Counted from the stretch's first letter, positions 54,255 to 62,343 are shown. The stretch is 64,000 nt of DNA from an uncultured Lentimicrobiaceae bacterium (GCA_964598505.1 CAZRCF010000001.1:150543-214542); one strand, 5' to 3'. Program-made: numbers and translations. Notes: generated from the letters alone by a model not told the origin.

Positions 54255-54955
54255 TGTAGTCTCACTTTTAGATCATATATTTTGCCTTTATATATCATAG
54301 CACTAAGTAACTCAGTATTCTGATCCATTCTATATTCATATATTCTAGTAGTTATATAACTGCCTAAAACTATACCTATCAATACATATATCATAGCTAC
54401 AAACATTTGAGCTTTAACTTTAATCCACCATACACTATTCCACCAATGGCTTCCGCTTATTGCGTATTGTTCTAAATTTGACAATGCATCATGAGACATT
54501 TTTGCAGCTAATAAAGCTACTTTTTCAAATGGAACAATAATTTTATCTTTAATAAATACTTTATCTTCAGATGCTATTTCATTAACTATATCTTTGACTA
54601 TTTCAATTGCAGCTTCATCAGTTTTACTAGCAACATGAGTATTGATTACATCTATTACTTCCTGAACTTTATTTTGAACTTCAACCATAGGATGATCTAT
54701 TTCCGTTTTAGGTTTTGGTTCTGGTTCTGGGATTTCTGGTTCTTGAGGTTTTTCTTCACTTACTACTGGTTCTTGCGCAATAGATTCAGTTATAATTTGT
54801 TCGGATAATTTTGGTTCAGACATAATACTTGAAATTACTTCTTCAAATTTAATATCTTTATTTTCTTCTGGTTTAATTATTACAGATTCTGTAATAATAG
54901 ATAATTCTATATTTTCTGGTATTATTTCATTTTGAGGATTATTTACTGTTGTCAT
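54251..54955 (-). CDS. acidic Pro/Glu-rich protein with C-terminal TM segment
   Basis: EPEIPEPEPKPK low-complexity region and a C-terminal TM segment FVAMIYVLIGIVLGSYI. Confidence 0.55.
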   Translation of the reverse strand: MTTVNNPQNEIIPENIELSIITESVIIKPEENKDIKFEEVISSIMSEPKLSEQIITESIAQEPVVSEEKPQEPEIPEPEPKPKTEIDHPMVEVQNKVQEVIDVINTHVASKTDEAAIEIVKDIVNEIASEDKVFIKDKIIVPFEKVALLAAKMSHDALSNLEQYAISGSHWWNSVWWIKVKAQMFVAMIYVLIGIVLGSYITTRIYEYRMDQNTELLSAMIYKGKIYDLKVRLQ

Positions 54956-55517
54956 TTTTTCTCCTTACAGTGTCTAGTTTAATTTTTAAATTTTCTAATC
55001 GTTGTATTACATCGTTAGCTTGTCCTGTTGCTATTATAATACCTTCTGGTGTGACTCCTCCTTTATAATAAATAAGAGCTTGTTTTAAATCACCACGAGA
55101 CATTCTTAATTTTTGTTGTAAAATTCTAGCTCCATGTAATACATCAACATCTGCAAATTCATATGTAGCTGTAGGTGTTTGCATTAATCCTTTGTAATTA
55201 GCGGAAGATACGGCTTTATAATCGAAGTTAGATTCAGTTTTAAGTAATGTAGCTATTAATAATGGAGAAATATCAGTAAGCTGTGCTGCATTATTAATAG
55301 CTTTAGATATTGCGTCCAACTTATCAGTTGGGCATTGTAATATCTGTAATGCTAAATATACATCCGATTTTTTCTTAGGATCGAGCTGAATTGGCATAGG
55401 TAAAACATTGTGAAAATTAAATACGATTATTAATATCAGACATATCAAACTAATATACATTATACCTACCATGTGTGACTTGAATGATTTAAACAATGTG
55501 CTTCTAAAGAAAAACAT
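54939..55517 (-). CDS. membrane-anchored lytic transglycosylase (SLT domain)
   Basis: N-terminal TM, then LLKTESNFDYKAVSSANYKGLMQ (catalytic ES, then GLMQ). Confidence 0.75.
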   Translation of the reverse strand: MFFFRSTLFKSFKSHMVGIMYISLICLILIIVFNFHNVLPMPIQLDPKKKSDVYLALQILQCPTDKLDAISKAINNAAQLTDISPLLIATLLKTESNFDYKAVSSANYKGLMQTPTATYEFADVDVLHGARILQQKLRMSRGDLKQALIYYKGGVTPEGIIIATGQANDVIQRLENLKIKLDTVRRKNDNSK

Positions 55518-55529
55518 TTTTTAATCCTT

Positions 55530-55721
55530 TCATTTTTTAGTAGAGTATTTAAGTAATAAATAAACTCCTATTGAAAATACAATTAATACCATTATTGATA
55601 TATAGATGTGATGAATAAGTGATAAAACGATAAAACTTACAATTGAGATTAATATTAAAACTATTCCAACTAATTGTTTGTCTTTCCAAAATTCTTTTAA
55701 CATATCAAGTATTTTGTTCAT
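55530..55721 (-). CDS. small two-TM membrane protein (holin-like candidate)
   Basis: 63 aa with two hydrophobic helices and a basic C-terminus (KYSTKK). Lies directly upstream of the SLT gene. Confidence 0.4.
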   Translation of the reverse strand: MNKILDMLKEFWKDKQLVGIVLILISIVSFIVLSLIHHIYISIMVLIVFSIGVYLLLKYSTKK

Positions 55722-55752
55722 TTAAACGCCTCCTTTATTTATTTTAAATTGG

Positions 55753-55857
55753 GGCAGAGGCAGGGGTTGATACCTACAAGTATTAAACTTTATTATAATT
55801 TAATACATCTAGCCCACTAATTATCTACCTTAAGTTAGATTAGTCTGCCACTCTGCC
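55753..55857 (-). ncRNA. candidate structured RNA (about 105 nt)
   Basis: ORF-free. Terminal helix GGCAGAG(T)GCAG / CTGC-CTCTGCC encloses two hairpins (ACTAAT..ATTAGT and TATTAAA..TTTAATA). Shares the 12-mer ACTTGTAGGTAT with the 14.7-kb candidate RNA. Confidence 0.35.
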
Positions 55858-55864
55858 ATGAATT

Positions 55865-56539
55865 TTATTTATCTAACATTCTTTGATTGAGATCTCTTAA
55901 ATCCTGTCCAAGTGATTCACCACTTTCACCTGCTACTCCATTTTTCCCGGAATCTCCAATAAATCCTTCTATAATATTATATCCACCAATAGCGTTTGCT
56001 CCACCTATTTCTGGTTTTAGTTTTTCTTTAACTTTTATACAATAATCTCTACCTTCTTGTAACGCTTCAATAAAGTTATTGATGTGTTCTGGGTCAGTTA
56101 AAAGAAAGTCACCATGTAACTTGATCTTGCCGGTAAAGGCTAATATAATTGCTTTCTTCCATCTATAAAGAAATCTTCTAAACCAATTAAATTTAAAGAA
56201 TCCATATTCTGGATATCTCCAATGATCAAATCTAACCTCTTTATAAAAATGAAGTTGTATTAACCCAAATTCATTATCACATTCGATTTCAACTATCGAA
56301 CCACATTCGTTATCTCCACATTCACATTGTACTGAATACCAAAGAGATTTATCAAATTTATGTATTAATGAAACTCCTTTTTTAAATTTACTTTGAAATT
56401 CCATTTTATCGGCTTGAGTCATTTGTTGTTTCTCCTTAAATTGTTTAGCGTCATCAGATAAATGCCACTTAGATGAAGTGGATTCAAAACAGTTTGGGCA
56501 GATATATGTGCAGATAATTTTACAAGTTGGACATATCAT
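55865..56539 (-). CDS. hypothetical protein with N-terminal zinc ribbon (224 aa)
   Basis: MICPTCKIICTYICPNC. Confidence 0.55.
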   Translation of the reverse strand: MICPTCKIICTYICPNCFESTSSKWHLSDDAKQFKEKQQMTQADKMEFQSKFKKGVSLIHKFDKSLWYSVQCECGDNECGSIVEIECDNEFGLIQLHFYKEVRFDHWRYPEYGFFKFNWFRRFLYRWKKAIILAFTGKIKLHGDFLLTDPEHINNFIEALQEGRDYCIKVKEKLKPEIGGANAIGGYNIIEGFIGDSGKNGVAGESGESLGQDLRDLNQRMLDK

Positions 56540-56548
56540 TTAATCCTC

Positions 56549-56755
56549 CTATATGTATATAACATTGACTGCCATTGATTCGTCTATTCCATCTTCTTCA
56601 ACAATACCATCCCAATACATACCATCTTTTTTATAAAAAACTAATGGAGTTATACAATCAATATCTCTACTTCCCATATGATTATAATCGTCAGTAATAA
56701 CAAATGCTTCTTGATCATGTTTAGATAATATTTCTATTAGTTCTTTTACTTTCAT
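56549..56755 (-). CDS. hypothetical protein (68 aa)
   Basis: ORF track. Confidence 0.5.
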   Translation of the reverse strand: MKVKELIEILSKHDQEAFVITDDYNHMGSRDIDCITPLVFYKKDGMYWDGIVEEDGIDESMAVNVIYI

Positions 56756-56758
56756 TTA

Positions 56759-57076
56759 TTAATCCTCTATTTGATATTTGTTTTTATGCTCTTGAATTAT
56801 AATAGTTTCATTAATTATATCTGTTTTTATTGGTTCATCAGAATCATGTAATGCAACCATAAGATTTAATAATGGAAACATACTAAAATCTAAACTGTAT
56901 CCACATACATTTTTATCTGTTATTGTTTTATCTTTTATAGATTTATCAAAACTACTAATAATAGTTATTTTTTGTTTTCGATATCTTTTATTAAACATTA
57001 CAGTAAAATCATGTAAATATTGACATGTCTTTAGTAATTCAGCTTTTTCTTTTTCATCATTTACTATTATTTTCAT
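56759..57076 (-). CDS. hypothetical protein (105 aa)
   Basis: ORF track. Confidence 0.5.
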   Translation of the reverse strand: MKIIVNDEKEKAELLKTCQYLHDFTVMFNKRYRKQKITIISSFDKSIKDKTITDKNVCGYSLDFSMFPLLNLMVALHDSDEPIKTDIINETIIIQEHKNKYQIED

Positions 57077-57087
57077 TTAAGCCTCTT

Positions 57088-57876
57088 TTAATAATTTGTC
57101 ATTATTGCTACTGCATTGTGAGCGTGAATTGATTCATCGGATTCTACACTTACTTTAAATTTCTCAACATCTTCCATTTTATCTAATTTATCATATACGG
57201 CGCGAGCTATATCTTCGACAAACATTGGACTATTGTATGCTCTTTCTGTAACTACTTTTTCATCAATTCTCTTAAGTACTGAAAATATTTCACAAGATGA
57301 AGATGATTCTGCCGCTTCAATAAGGGATTCAATCCAAATAAATGAATTCTCTTTTCCTTGAACTACCATATCAATTAATACTTTCTGATTGTGTGCTCCA
57401 TATTCAGATATTTCTTTTGAGCAAGGACATAGAGATGTTGCTAATACTTTGACACCCAATCTAAATATGAAATTGTCTTTTGTTTTAATTCCAGTAAAAG
57501 AAATATGATATGGAAGTATACCAGGTTCCTGAGAAGCTGGAGCTAACTTCTGAACAAAATATGGAAACGAATAACTTATTTCACAAGTATCCGCTTCCGC
57601 TGAAATTCTTATATTTTCTGCAATTGAACTAATTAGTTTACCATTAAGTTGTTGTCCAACAAATTTCTGTAAACCAATTATTAATCTACTCATATTTGTT
57701 CCTTTAAGATTAGCAGCGAGATCTACATAACAATCAACTTTAGCAACTGAATGTTGTACTCCTCCGTTCTTCATTGAAACAAAAATAGGAAGTTCAACAG
57801 AATTGATACCAACTCTATTGATCCTAATTTCATGTACTGGTAATGTGTATTGCATATCCGGTAAGTTTTCTGACAT
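57088..57876 (-). CDS. folE2: GTP cyclohydrolase IB (FolE2 / GCYH-IB)
   Basis: N-terminal LPDMQ, RVGIN..ELPI, and SLCPCSKEIS..GAHNQ metal-site motif. AGGAGA SD upstream. Confidence 0.85.
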   Translation of the reverse strand: MSENLPDMQYTLPVHEIRINRVGINSVELPIFVSMKNGGVQHSVAKVDCYVDLAANLKGTNMSRLIIGLQKFVGQQLNGKLISSIAENIRISAEADTCEISYSFPYFVQKLAPASQEPGILPYHISFTGIKTKDNFIFRLGVKVLATSLCPCSKEISEYGAHNQKVLIDMVVQGKENSFIWIESLIEAAESSSSCEIFSVLKRIDEKVVTERAYNSPMFVEDIARAVYDKLDKMEDVEKFKVSVESDESIHAHNAVAIMTNY

Positions 57877-57899
57877 TTAACTTTATCTCCTCTTTCTTA

Positions 57900-58178
57900 T
57901 TAATTTCCGTATGGATTCTTAAATATTGGAATAGGATTGTCAATTTCTTTATCAATTTCTTCCATAGCTTTTTCTGTCCAACTGTGTGTTTCTTCCATAG
58001 ATGAATCTATCGGATCTGGAAAATCTATTTTCTTTATTTCCTGTCCAGAAATTGATATATCATATATATTTTCTGGAAAAAATAATTCTGTGATATGTTC
58101 CATTAATCCATCTATAAAATTACCAGCGTCTACATTGTCTGGTAGTGCCAAAGTAAGTTTATGATTAATTATTTGCAT
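57900..58178 (-). CDS. acidic hypothetical protein (92 aa)
   Basis: ORF track. Confidence 0.5.
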   Translation of the reverse strand: MQIINHKLTLALPDNVDAGNFIDGLMEHITELFFPENIYDISISGQEIKKIDFPDPIDSSMEETHSWTEKAMEEIDKEIDNPIPIFKNPYGN

Positions 58179-58626
58179 TTATATCTCCTCTTAAAACTTC
58201 AACTAAAAAATTCTTTACTTTCTCGAAAATACCTGGATTGGTACTTTCCCGATTTCCACTAACATTTAAAATTACAATATTGTTCCAGTTAATCCATCTA
58301 AGAAATGATTCTTTTGTAGGATTAATAATATATGGTTTTCCAAATTGTTTGCAACTATTAATTGTTAATTTTCCACCTGGACTAGATTCGTTCCCGAACC
58401 AGATAGTAGCAGAAGAATTTTTAACATTTTCAATTGTTCTTGTTCTATAATTAGGACTTCCACTTTCTGTTATCCCATACAATTCTTTAAGAGCAGGATT
58501 AAAACCAGTTTCTGTTTTAAAACCTTTAGGTGCTATTCCTCCCGTCTCGAGCTTTAAAATTTTACCAGCCTCTAACCCCGCTTGATCAGCTCCAGTTTGA
58601 GCTCCTGATATTATTTTAGTGATCAT
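58165..58626 (-). CDS. YpsA-like SLOG-superfamily nucleotide-binding protein
   Basis: IISGAQTGADQAGLEAGKILKLETGGIAPKG matches the YpsA / putative molybdenum carrier GGQTGADRAAL...GG.CPKG signature. The ATG at 58626 is preferred over the upstream TTG. Confidence 0.6.
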   Translation of the reverse strand: MITKIISGAQTGADQAGLEAGKILKLETGGIAPKGFKTETGFNPALKELYGITESGSPNYRTRTIENVKNSSATIWFGNESSPGGKLTINSCKQFGKPYIINPTKESFLRWINWNNIVILNVSGNRESTNPGIFEKVKNFLVEVLRGDINANN

Positions 58627-58798
58627 TTTTAATATCCCATAATATAAGTCGTACAAACTCTTCTAATTTATTATGTACGTCACACATATCCTCTCCTTTT
58701 TGAATAACTATTTCTCTTGTCCAATCTTTGTCATTTTGTATTCTTAAATGATAATTTTTCTCATTTTCAAAAGCACATAAATCTTTAAGTTTATTCAT
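58616..58798 (-). CDS. hypothetical protein (60 aa)
   Basis: ORF track. Confidence 0.45.
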   Translation of the reverse strand: MNKLKDLCAFENEKNYHLRIQNDKDWTREIVIQKGEDMCDVHNKLEEFVRLILWDIKNDH

Positions 58799-59048
58799 TT
58801 ATTCTCTCCTCTATTTTTATATATTCACCTAATAATTTTTTAACACAATATTGACAGAGATCTAATTTCATTTGTGATTCATCTCCAAAAATAGACCCAT
58901 AACCATTTGTTTTATCAATGCTTATAAATTCTTCAATTTCCATAACATCTTTTGATCTATTATCATTTTCATAAACAGTTTTACAACAATCACAAACAAT
59001 TTGATCTAATACTTTCCGAGTATATGCTTCTTCTATGTAATTCTTCAT
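58791..59048 (-). CDS. Cys-containing hypothetical protein (85 aa)
   Basis: CDCC ... CQYC pairs. First gene downstream of promoter copy 8; AAGGAGAAGAAAATG start context. Confidence 0.55.
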   Translation of the reverse strand: MKNYIEEAYTRKVLDQIVCDCCKTVYENDNRSKDVMEIEEFISIDKTNGYGSIFGDESQMKLDLCQYCVKKLLGEYIKIEERINE

Positions 59049-59096
59049 TTTCTTCTCCTTTTAGAAATAAAAAACAAACGATTTGAGGTCGTTATA

Positions 59097-59130
59097 AGAA
59101 TATAATTTCTATATGAAATATGAAAATAAA
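59097..59130 (-). promoter_or_regulatory. promoter-like element with ATATAGAAAT block (copy 8)
   Basis: Minus strand reads ATATAGAAAT-TA-TATTCT. The core is at 59105-59114. Downstream of the terminator at 59141-59171. A small leader hairpin AACGA..TCGTT plus T-run follows. Confidence 0.55.
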
Positions 59131-59140
59131 AAAATTGCAA

Positions 59141-59171
59141 AGCTAGAGAGAAGTGTTAATTCTCTCTAGCT
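59141..59171 (-). terminator. intrinsic terminator (divergent relative of the palindromic element)
   Basis: 12-bp stem AGCTAGAGAGAA/TTCTCTCTAGCT, flanked by TTGCAA / CTTGCCAA remnants. Confidence 0.6.
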
Positions 59172-59182
59172 CTTGCCAATAT

Positions 59183-59722
59183 TCAATCCCATAAATTTCC
59201 AAAGTTTTTTCTTAACAAAGTAAACATTTTGTCTACTTTTATATCATACTCTTCTCTTGTTAATTTATCAAATCCTTCTTCGAATTCCATAATTTTGTTA
59301 TATTCTTCGAATTCCTTAGCTATTTCTTTTAAAGTTTTATCCCATTCTTCTGGAGATGAATCACATGGATAACCATGTGTAGTTTTAGAAAGATGTAAAC
59401 ACCCCTTAGAAATTATTTCTGCTAAATAACTATCAAAACTCCAAACATCAAAGTCTGAATAACCTCTCCAACCTCTTTGACAAAACCATTTGATTCTTTT
59501 TGGAATCATAAAGACTTCATTATTAAAAAATCTATAAAGTATATAATAAAACTCACGTAAAATATATAGAATTGGATGTTTTGCTTTCCATTCTTTCTCA
59601 ATTCTTTTCCACTCTTCCATTGATTTAAATTCAAATAAAGCTTTATTAAATTTTCTAAACGTACGTATTTTGTCTAATATGGATTTAAGAGTTTTCATTG
59701 GGTTAGGATCTCTAAACATCAT
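59183..59722 (-). CDS. hypothetical protein (179 aa)
   Basis: ORF track. Confidence 0.55.
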   Translation of the reverse strand: MMFRDPNPMKTLKSILDKIRTFRKFNKALFEFKSMEEWKRIEKEWKAKHPILYILREFYYILYRFFNNEVFMIPKRIKWFCQRGWRGYSDFDVWSFDSYLAEIISKGCLHLSKTTHGYPCDSSPEEWDKTLKEIAKEFEEYNKIMEFEEGFDKLTREEYDIKVDKMFTLLRKNFGNLWD

Positions 59723-59925
59723 TTTGAAAAATCCTCCGGTTTATTCTTAATCACTAATCTTAAACCTATAATAAGAGTTATTATTGAAAATATTGTAACA
59801 GATGTCATTAAAAATAATCCAAATATAATTAAGAACCATATAGACGCTACAATAAGAGAACAACCTACTCCAAATTTATCAGCCCACATTCTTTTATAAC
59901 ATTCTATAAAATCTTTAAAACTCAT
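59719..59925 (-). CDS. small membrane protein (68 aa)
   Basis: Two hydrophobic helices (SLIVASIWFLIIFGLFL and IFSIITLIIGL). Confidence 0.5.
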   Translation of the reverse strand: MSFKDFIECYKRMWADKFGVGCSLIVASIWFLIIFGLFLMTSVTIFSIITLIIGLRLVIKNKPEDFSK

Positions 59926-60143
59926 TTTTCAATCTCCTTCGTTAATATTAATTTATCATTAATATTATATTTTCCACATTTATCCATTATAATAGTGTCA
60001 AATGGTTTCGCAGGAACAGTATATAAACACCTTCCTTCTTTTAATTGTGATCCTATTATCTCTGTAACTACAAGGTTGTCTGTATCTACAATATCCGAGC
60101 ACCCAACAAATAATAAACATATTAATATTATTAATTTTTTCAT
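59922..60143 (-). CDS. small lipoprotein (73 aa)
   Basis: MKKLIILICLLFVGC lipobox. Confidence 0.6.
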   Translation of the reverse strand: MKKLIILICLLFVGCSDIVDTDNLVVTEIIGSQLKEGRCLYTVPAKPFDTIIMDKCGKYNINDKLILTKEIEK

Positions 60144-60166
60144 TTAGTAATCACCTCACTTTTCTA

Positions 60167-60502
60167 TTATCGTTCTAATATAATTAAACTGCCAAAAAGC
60201 ATCACATCTGTAAGTTTTGGATTATCATATTTTGTAATTATAGCTTGTTCTAATCTTTCTAAATCATTTTCTGTTTTAACCGGAAAGTTAACTTTGATAC
60301 TAGCTGGTCTTATTCCACCTTTTTCTTGTAAATAGAAAGTTGCATAAGTTATATATCTAGTATGCTCTTTAATAGTGTGAAAACTTATTGAAACTATTAT
60401 ACCCATTATGAATCCAAATACAATCAAATGGCTTTTCATATATTTTAAATAAAATTCAATCCAGCGAAATACTAAATTATCTTCTCTCCTATAAAATTTC
60501 AT
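60167..60502 (-). CDS. membrane protein (111 aa)
   Basis: TM segment HLIVFGFIMGIIVSISF. Confidence 0.5.
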   Translation of the reverse strand: MKFYRREDNLVFRWIEFYLKYMKSHLIVFGFIMGIIVSISFHTIKEHTRYITYATFYLQEKGGIRPASIKVNFPVKTENDLERLEQAIITKYDNPKLTDVMLFGSLIILER

Positions 60503-60708
60503 TCTAATTTTCCTTTCTGATTAAGCAAATCATTTTTAACTTCTGGAGCTTTAAACGAGAAACCAAAGTAAAGTATTGCAAGAATTAAATTCGGAATAGC
60601 ACTCCAATAAGCTATTTTCCCGAAATCATTTGCTACGATAAAACATAAACATACCAATAAATTAAGTATTGTCCACAAATAATAATGAGTTTTATTCATT
60701 TCTTGCAT
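60499..60708 (-). CDS. small membrane protein (69 aa)
   Basis: Two TM helices. Confidence 0.5.
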   Translation of the reverse strand: MQEMNKTHYYLWTILNLLVCLCFIVANDFGKIAYWSAIPNLILAILYFGFSFKAPEVKNDLLNQKGKLE

Positions 60709-60935
60709 CCTCCTTTATTAATTCTTGAGTGGGAAGCCCATTTAGCTTTTTTAATTTGTTGTGTTAATATCACAGATTCTCTTGATATTGGAGTTTCATT
60801 ACAATAATGATATCGACTATTTAATATCCAAGGTTTTTTCTGAATCGTTTCAATCAATTCATCTGCCTTGCCTTTTCCGACTGTTTTTATCTTACCACCT
60901 CTTGCTAAAAATTCTTCTACGGTTTCGTTTCCCAT
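60696..60935 (-). CDS. hypothetical protein (79 aa)
   Basis: ORF track. Confidence 0.5.
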   Translation of the reverse strand: MGNETVEEFLARGGKIKTVGKGKADELIETIQKKPWILNSRYHYCNETPISRESVILTQQIKKAKWASHSRINKGGCKK

Positions 60936-60939
60936 TGTA

Positions 60940-61143
60940 TCACCTCTTTATATCAATTAGTTTTTCGTGATACGAACAACTGCAATATTTTGTAGGTCCG
61001 TACCACGTTTTTTGAAGTTGACAAATTATTTTTTGATGATAACATATTATAATTGGTATATTATTATGTTCTTTAGTATTTATTTTAATTTCTTTAGTTC
61101 GGTCAATATTACAATTGTTTTGACCTTTGCAACACTCGTGCAT
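60940..61143 (-). CDS. Cys/His-rich small protein (67 aa)
   Basis: MHECCKGQNNC ... CYHQKIIC ... CSCSYH. Confidence 0.45.
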   Translation of the reverse strand: MHECCKGQNNCNIDRTKEIKINTKEHNNIPIIICYHQKIICQLQKTWYGPTKYCSCSYHEKLIDIKR

Positions 61144-61151
61144 ATAATCTC

Positions 61152-61700
61152 CTACTTTTTAAATTCAGGATAAATCATTGTAATATTCTTAGTTGGTTCT
61201 GTAATGTCGAATACAACAATTTGTTCAGAAGAATCTCCTTCAACTTTTGAATCTTTAATACATCTCATTATTTTATCTGCTATATAATTTACAACTTCAA
61301 TATTGATTGGTATATTAAAATCAAAATTAGTATATTGTTCTTCGATCATATCAATAAAGTCAAAATAAATTATTCCATCATATGGGTTTTTAACAATCTC
61401 TCGAATTAATGCATCTTTAAAATTTATTCCAACTAAACTATTGTCCCAAGTTTGTATTCCTTTATTGTGTACCCCGATCCAGAGAAAAATTCTTTTATTT
61501 TTATCGGCAAGCTCTGGTAAAGTGAAATCGAATCTTATTCCTGTTTTATATGTGTTTGATTCTTTAATGATATCAGCAATAACTGCTTCCCATTGATTTG
61601 GTGCTTCATCAGTAGTAAGATTTTCATACATACTTTTGAATACTATCATTTTATTTGTTAATTCACGTCTTACTTCCATTAAATCTTCATTTGTATTCAT
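61152..61700 (-). CDS. hypothetical protein (182 aa)
   Basis: ORF track. Confidence 0.55.
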   Translation of the reverse strand: MNTNEDLMEVRRELTNKMIVFKSMYENLTTDEAPNQWEAVIADIIKESNTYKTGIRFDFTLPELADKNKRIFLWIGVHNKGIQTWDNSLVGINFKDALIREIVKNPYDGIIYFDFIDMIEEQYTNFDFNIPINIEVVNYIADKIMRCIKDSKVEGDSSEQIVVFDITEPTKNITMIYPEFKK

Positions 61701-61939
61701 CCGTGTTTCTCCTTTTTTTGTTTATCAGATTCAATTGATTTTATATATCTATGATGTTTCTCATTTAATTCTTTTATTACTTCTTCTGGTTTTTTATTTG
61801 CAGTTTTTGAAAATCTCAATTCACACTCTTTATCCCAACATTTTTGACAAACTTGTTTTTCTTTTCCTTGATCAAGAAATAATCTAACACAGGATTCATC
61901 TATTTTACTTAGACATTTATAACACAACACTTCAGTCAT
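61697..61939 (-). CDS. zinc-ribbon-like small protein (80 aa)
   Basis: CYKC ... CQKC pairs. Confidence 0.5.
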   Translation of the reverse strand: MTEVLCYKCLSKIDESCVRLFLDQGKEKQVCQKCWDKECELRFSKTANKKPEEVIKELNEKHHRYIKSIESDKQKKEKHG

Positions 61940-61961
61940 TTAAATTCTCCTTAAAAGTTAT

Positions 61962-62309
61962 TTAATCAGCATCTTCATAAGATGAATTTTTCCTACTAGC
62001 TGTACAACTTGGACACAATCTTATAAATTTACTTTCAGACCAAAATTTATATGGTGTTGAATGATTTGATCCCAAACATTCCACTTTTACTAGTTTGTTT
62101 GATTTTTTGCGAACTCTATAATCATTTCGATCTTGTTTGTTTAAAGTAAGAGTTCCTTTACAACCATCTTTAACCCATTGTCTAATTATTGTTGCATGTC
62201 TTCTGCTTATTGATACTTGTTTTAGGCTTTCAGTAATAGTTGTTTTTATATCTTTTTTAAAAAGATTAATCAGTTTACGTATCTTTACATTATCTTCTTT
62301 GTCTGGCAT
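61962..62309 (-). CDS. basic hypothetical protein with C-terminal Cys pair (115 aa)
   Basis: ORF track; CLG ... CPSC. Confidence 0.5.
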   Translation of the reverse strand: MPDKEDNVKIRKLINLFKKDIKTTITESLKQVSISRRHATIIRQWVKDGCKGTLTLNKQDRNDYRVRKKSNKLVKVECLGSNHSTPYKFWSESKFIRLCPSCTASRKNSSYEDAD

Positions 62310-62343
62310 TATTTGTATCTCCTACATTTTGTTGAATAAAAGT

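Noticed and set aside
55753-55857. A third tRNA (possibly intron-containing) at 55.75-55.86 kb.
   Set aside because: - A 7-bp acceptor-like helix exists. However, no canonical T arm (GTTCRANYC) abuts the 3' acceptor strand.
- No D arm or anticodon arm with correct spacing could be drawn on either strand.
- It is kept only as a generic structured-RNA candidate.
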